From the NCBI GenBank assembly GCA_000934665.2, contig JYFJ02004166.1, positions 1-34,436 on the forward strand: a stretch of DNA of 34,436 bases. Reading direction: 5' to 3'. Positions within the stretch are counted from its first letter, which is position 1. Each line of letters opens with the position of its first letter. The translations under genes were made by a program, and so were the position numbers. The notes beneath the pieces were generated by a model. That model had not been told where the DNA came from. It searched no databases and worked only from the letters and a program-made list of their open reading frames with translations. The DNA comes from Catajapyx aquilonaris. Taxonomy: Eukaryota. Shown here piece after piece: positions 32,484 through 34,436 of this stretch.

Positions 32484-33321
32484 TAGGGCGAGTCGAAACA
32501 AATTGAGACTGATTTTTTATGTGACAAAGTGAATTAGTTCATTAATTGCGGTGAATGGTATCGTGTCCAGAATGGACTGAAGTATTAGAACACCAATTCT
32601 TGTTCGAATCTTTCATGATCCCAGGCAATTCTGACACCGGAAATAGTAGGTTCACATTCGCCCCCGCTCTGTGAGGTCGGCAGTGAGGACCAATATTCAG
32701 TGTTGAGGTTTTGTTTCCATTTGAAAGAAACAGCCAAGGAAGTGTATGACATGCTAAGATTATGAGTTTAGCAGACACTGGTCACCATGTTCGGCCACAA
32801 GACATTGCAACGCTTTGCAAACCTCCACCCACATCCGCCTCTCCTCTGGTGTCAACAGCCTGGGGCCCCATCGCATCGTGCGCAAGTGCATCGTGTGTGA
32901 AAATGGTTAAACGCTCAATTCAAAATCGTGTTGGCACTACCACAGGAGATACCACATATTCTGGCACAGTCATCGACTGTTCTGCAGCGATCTTCCTGGC
33001 AAATCACTGCACAGGTGGTGTTAAAGATCTCCTCGGATGTGAGTCTGCAAACCTGTCTCTTTGAAAGCAGACTACTGACCCTCGCTGAATGATTTGTACC
33101 ATCGGAATGCTGCGTAACACTTCTTCATCATTCCCCTCTCCTAGCATGTCGTATGCCTTCATCGCTGCTGTCTTCAAACTGAAGCAAAACCTCAATGCAG
33201 AATATTGATCCTCATTGCTGACCTCCTGGTAGAGCGGAAGCGAATATCAACCTAGCTCTACATCTGGTGTCACAGTCACCTGGGATCGTAGAATATTCAA
33301 ACAAAAATTGGTGATCTAATA
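32484..33321. mobile_element. Mariner-derived foldback relic with two inverted 5' ends; right arm interrupted at 33321
   Basis: ~32582-32730 is the reverse complement of ~33170-33321. Minus strand LRFCFSLKTAAMKAYDMLGE resembles the mariner N-terminal HTH. Confidence 0.65.
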
Positions 33322-33970
33322 CAGGGTCATCGAAAAAGAATGTCCCAATTTAAAAACCCTATAACTTGAAAACTTGTAGACATATTTTAATGATTTAAGT
33401 TTTGAAATGCTAAGAAATGTCTACAGTTTTGGTCTCACCTTAGTTTGTTTCGTTATGAACTTCATTTGTAGCTCGAAAAATGGAAATACAGTAATCGGTG
33501 TCGTGCCTAACCCAATCTGACACATATCTTAAGTCACCATTGTGATCCTATCTCATAGATTATGCTAGTGATGCCGAATCTTTCACCATACATGTATCTC
33601 CACAAAAAAGTCAATCAGGCTAAGATCTGGGCTTCTGGGGGTGCTAGCCATTGGGAAACTTCTCATTCAAGACTTCGCACACTGGGGGGCTGTACAAATT
33701 AATCTTTCTTACGGCAGGTTTGTTTCATGGATGGGGCGATTTTTTATGCGCATCATCAAGAACAATGTGTGTGGTGTAAAGTCCCATCATCTCCAGCACC
33801 TACGGGGTAGGATCACAACGGTAACTCCAGATATGTTTGAGCGGGTTTGGCTCAAGACCGAATATCGTCTTTTTAATTTGCTGAGCAGCGAATGAAGCTC
33901 ATATCGAAATAAACTAAGGTGATGCCAAAACATTAGACATTTATTAGCGTTTCAAAACTTAAATCATTTA
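33322..33970. mobile_element. Tc1-family foldback relic; right arm interrupted at 33970
   Basis: TA-CAGGGTCATCGAAAAAGAAT terminus. ~33389-33465 is inverted at ~33890-33968. LRGRITTVTPDMFERVWLKTEYRL...ANEAHIE resembles a Tc1/DD37D transposase C-terminus. Confidence 0.7.
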
Positions 33971-34077
33971 GGGCCAGTTGCACAGGCCTCAGTATAACTT
34001 AGAACCTCGGGTATAACAAGAATTGTCATAGCAATCATTGTTGACCAACAATGATTGCTATGGCAATTCTTGTTATA
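33971..34077. mobile_element. Harbinger-type palindromic MITE, interrupted by a mariner
   Basis: TTA-GGGCCAGTTGCACA start and central palindrome TATAACAAGAATTGTCATAGCAATCATTGTTG-AC-CAACAATGATTGCTATGGCAATTCTTGTTATA. Confidence 0.7.
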
Positions 34078-34436
34078 CGAGGTGTGATCATAAAGTTCCC
34101 GGACTGTGTTCATAAAAACATTAATATTTACTTTAAGTCCTAATTTCCACTGCCACCTTCAAAGTAGTCACCTTGGGCACGTATACAACAATTCCAGCGA
34201 ATTTCCCATTTTTGGAAGCACCAAAAAAAATTTGGCAAACAGTAGTGTGTTCAACACCTGCTGCGATTTGGCTTAGACCTCTTTAGTGGAGTCAAAATGC
34301 CTCCTTTTCTACCCAAATTTCATTTGAGGGAAGAGGTGGAAATCACATGGTGCCAGGACAAACGAACAGGCAAGGTGGGGAACAGTGGTCATGTTATTTT
34401 TTATCAGGAAGTCCCTGACTACGCGTGAGGTGTGTG
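34078..34436 (-). mobile_element. Mariner 3' portion, same family as 19751-20638, running off the window
   Basis: TA-CGAGGTGTGATCATAAAGTTCCCGGACT TIR. Interior is the reverse complement of ~20283-20560. Confidence 0.9.

Overview
Eukaryotic genomic DNA, most likely from an arthropod (inferred from a Tramtrack-type BTB domain, GT-AG introns and TCAGTY initiators). Genes: (1) a probable first coding exon of an unidentified minus-strand gene at the left edge, behind RFX X-box-like and forkhead sites; (2) a + strand transcription unit with candidate non-coding exons (~3115-3319, 5711-5993) and a small coding exon (8868-9011) that appears to splice to 12493, giving a 65-aa ORF that ends 53 nt before (3) an intronless mitochondrial family III CoA-transferase (SUGCT-like, 12600-13841), so the mRNA may be bicistronic; (4) a complete four-coding-exon FBXW5 on the minus strand (29921-16497, ~663 aa) with a 33-aa tandem duplication at the start of the F-box; (5) a Ttk-type BTB gene starting head-to-head with FBXW5. 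Introns and intergenic DNA are dense with transposon material: tRNA-derived SINEs built from interchangeable modules, mariner/Tc1 relics, hAT, piggyBac, Harbinger and pogo-type MITEs, and two deeply nested insertion stacks (22781-24892 and 32484-34436). All calls were made by eye without database searches, so TE superfamily labels rest on terminal motifs and target-site duplications (TSDs).
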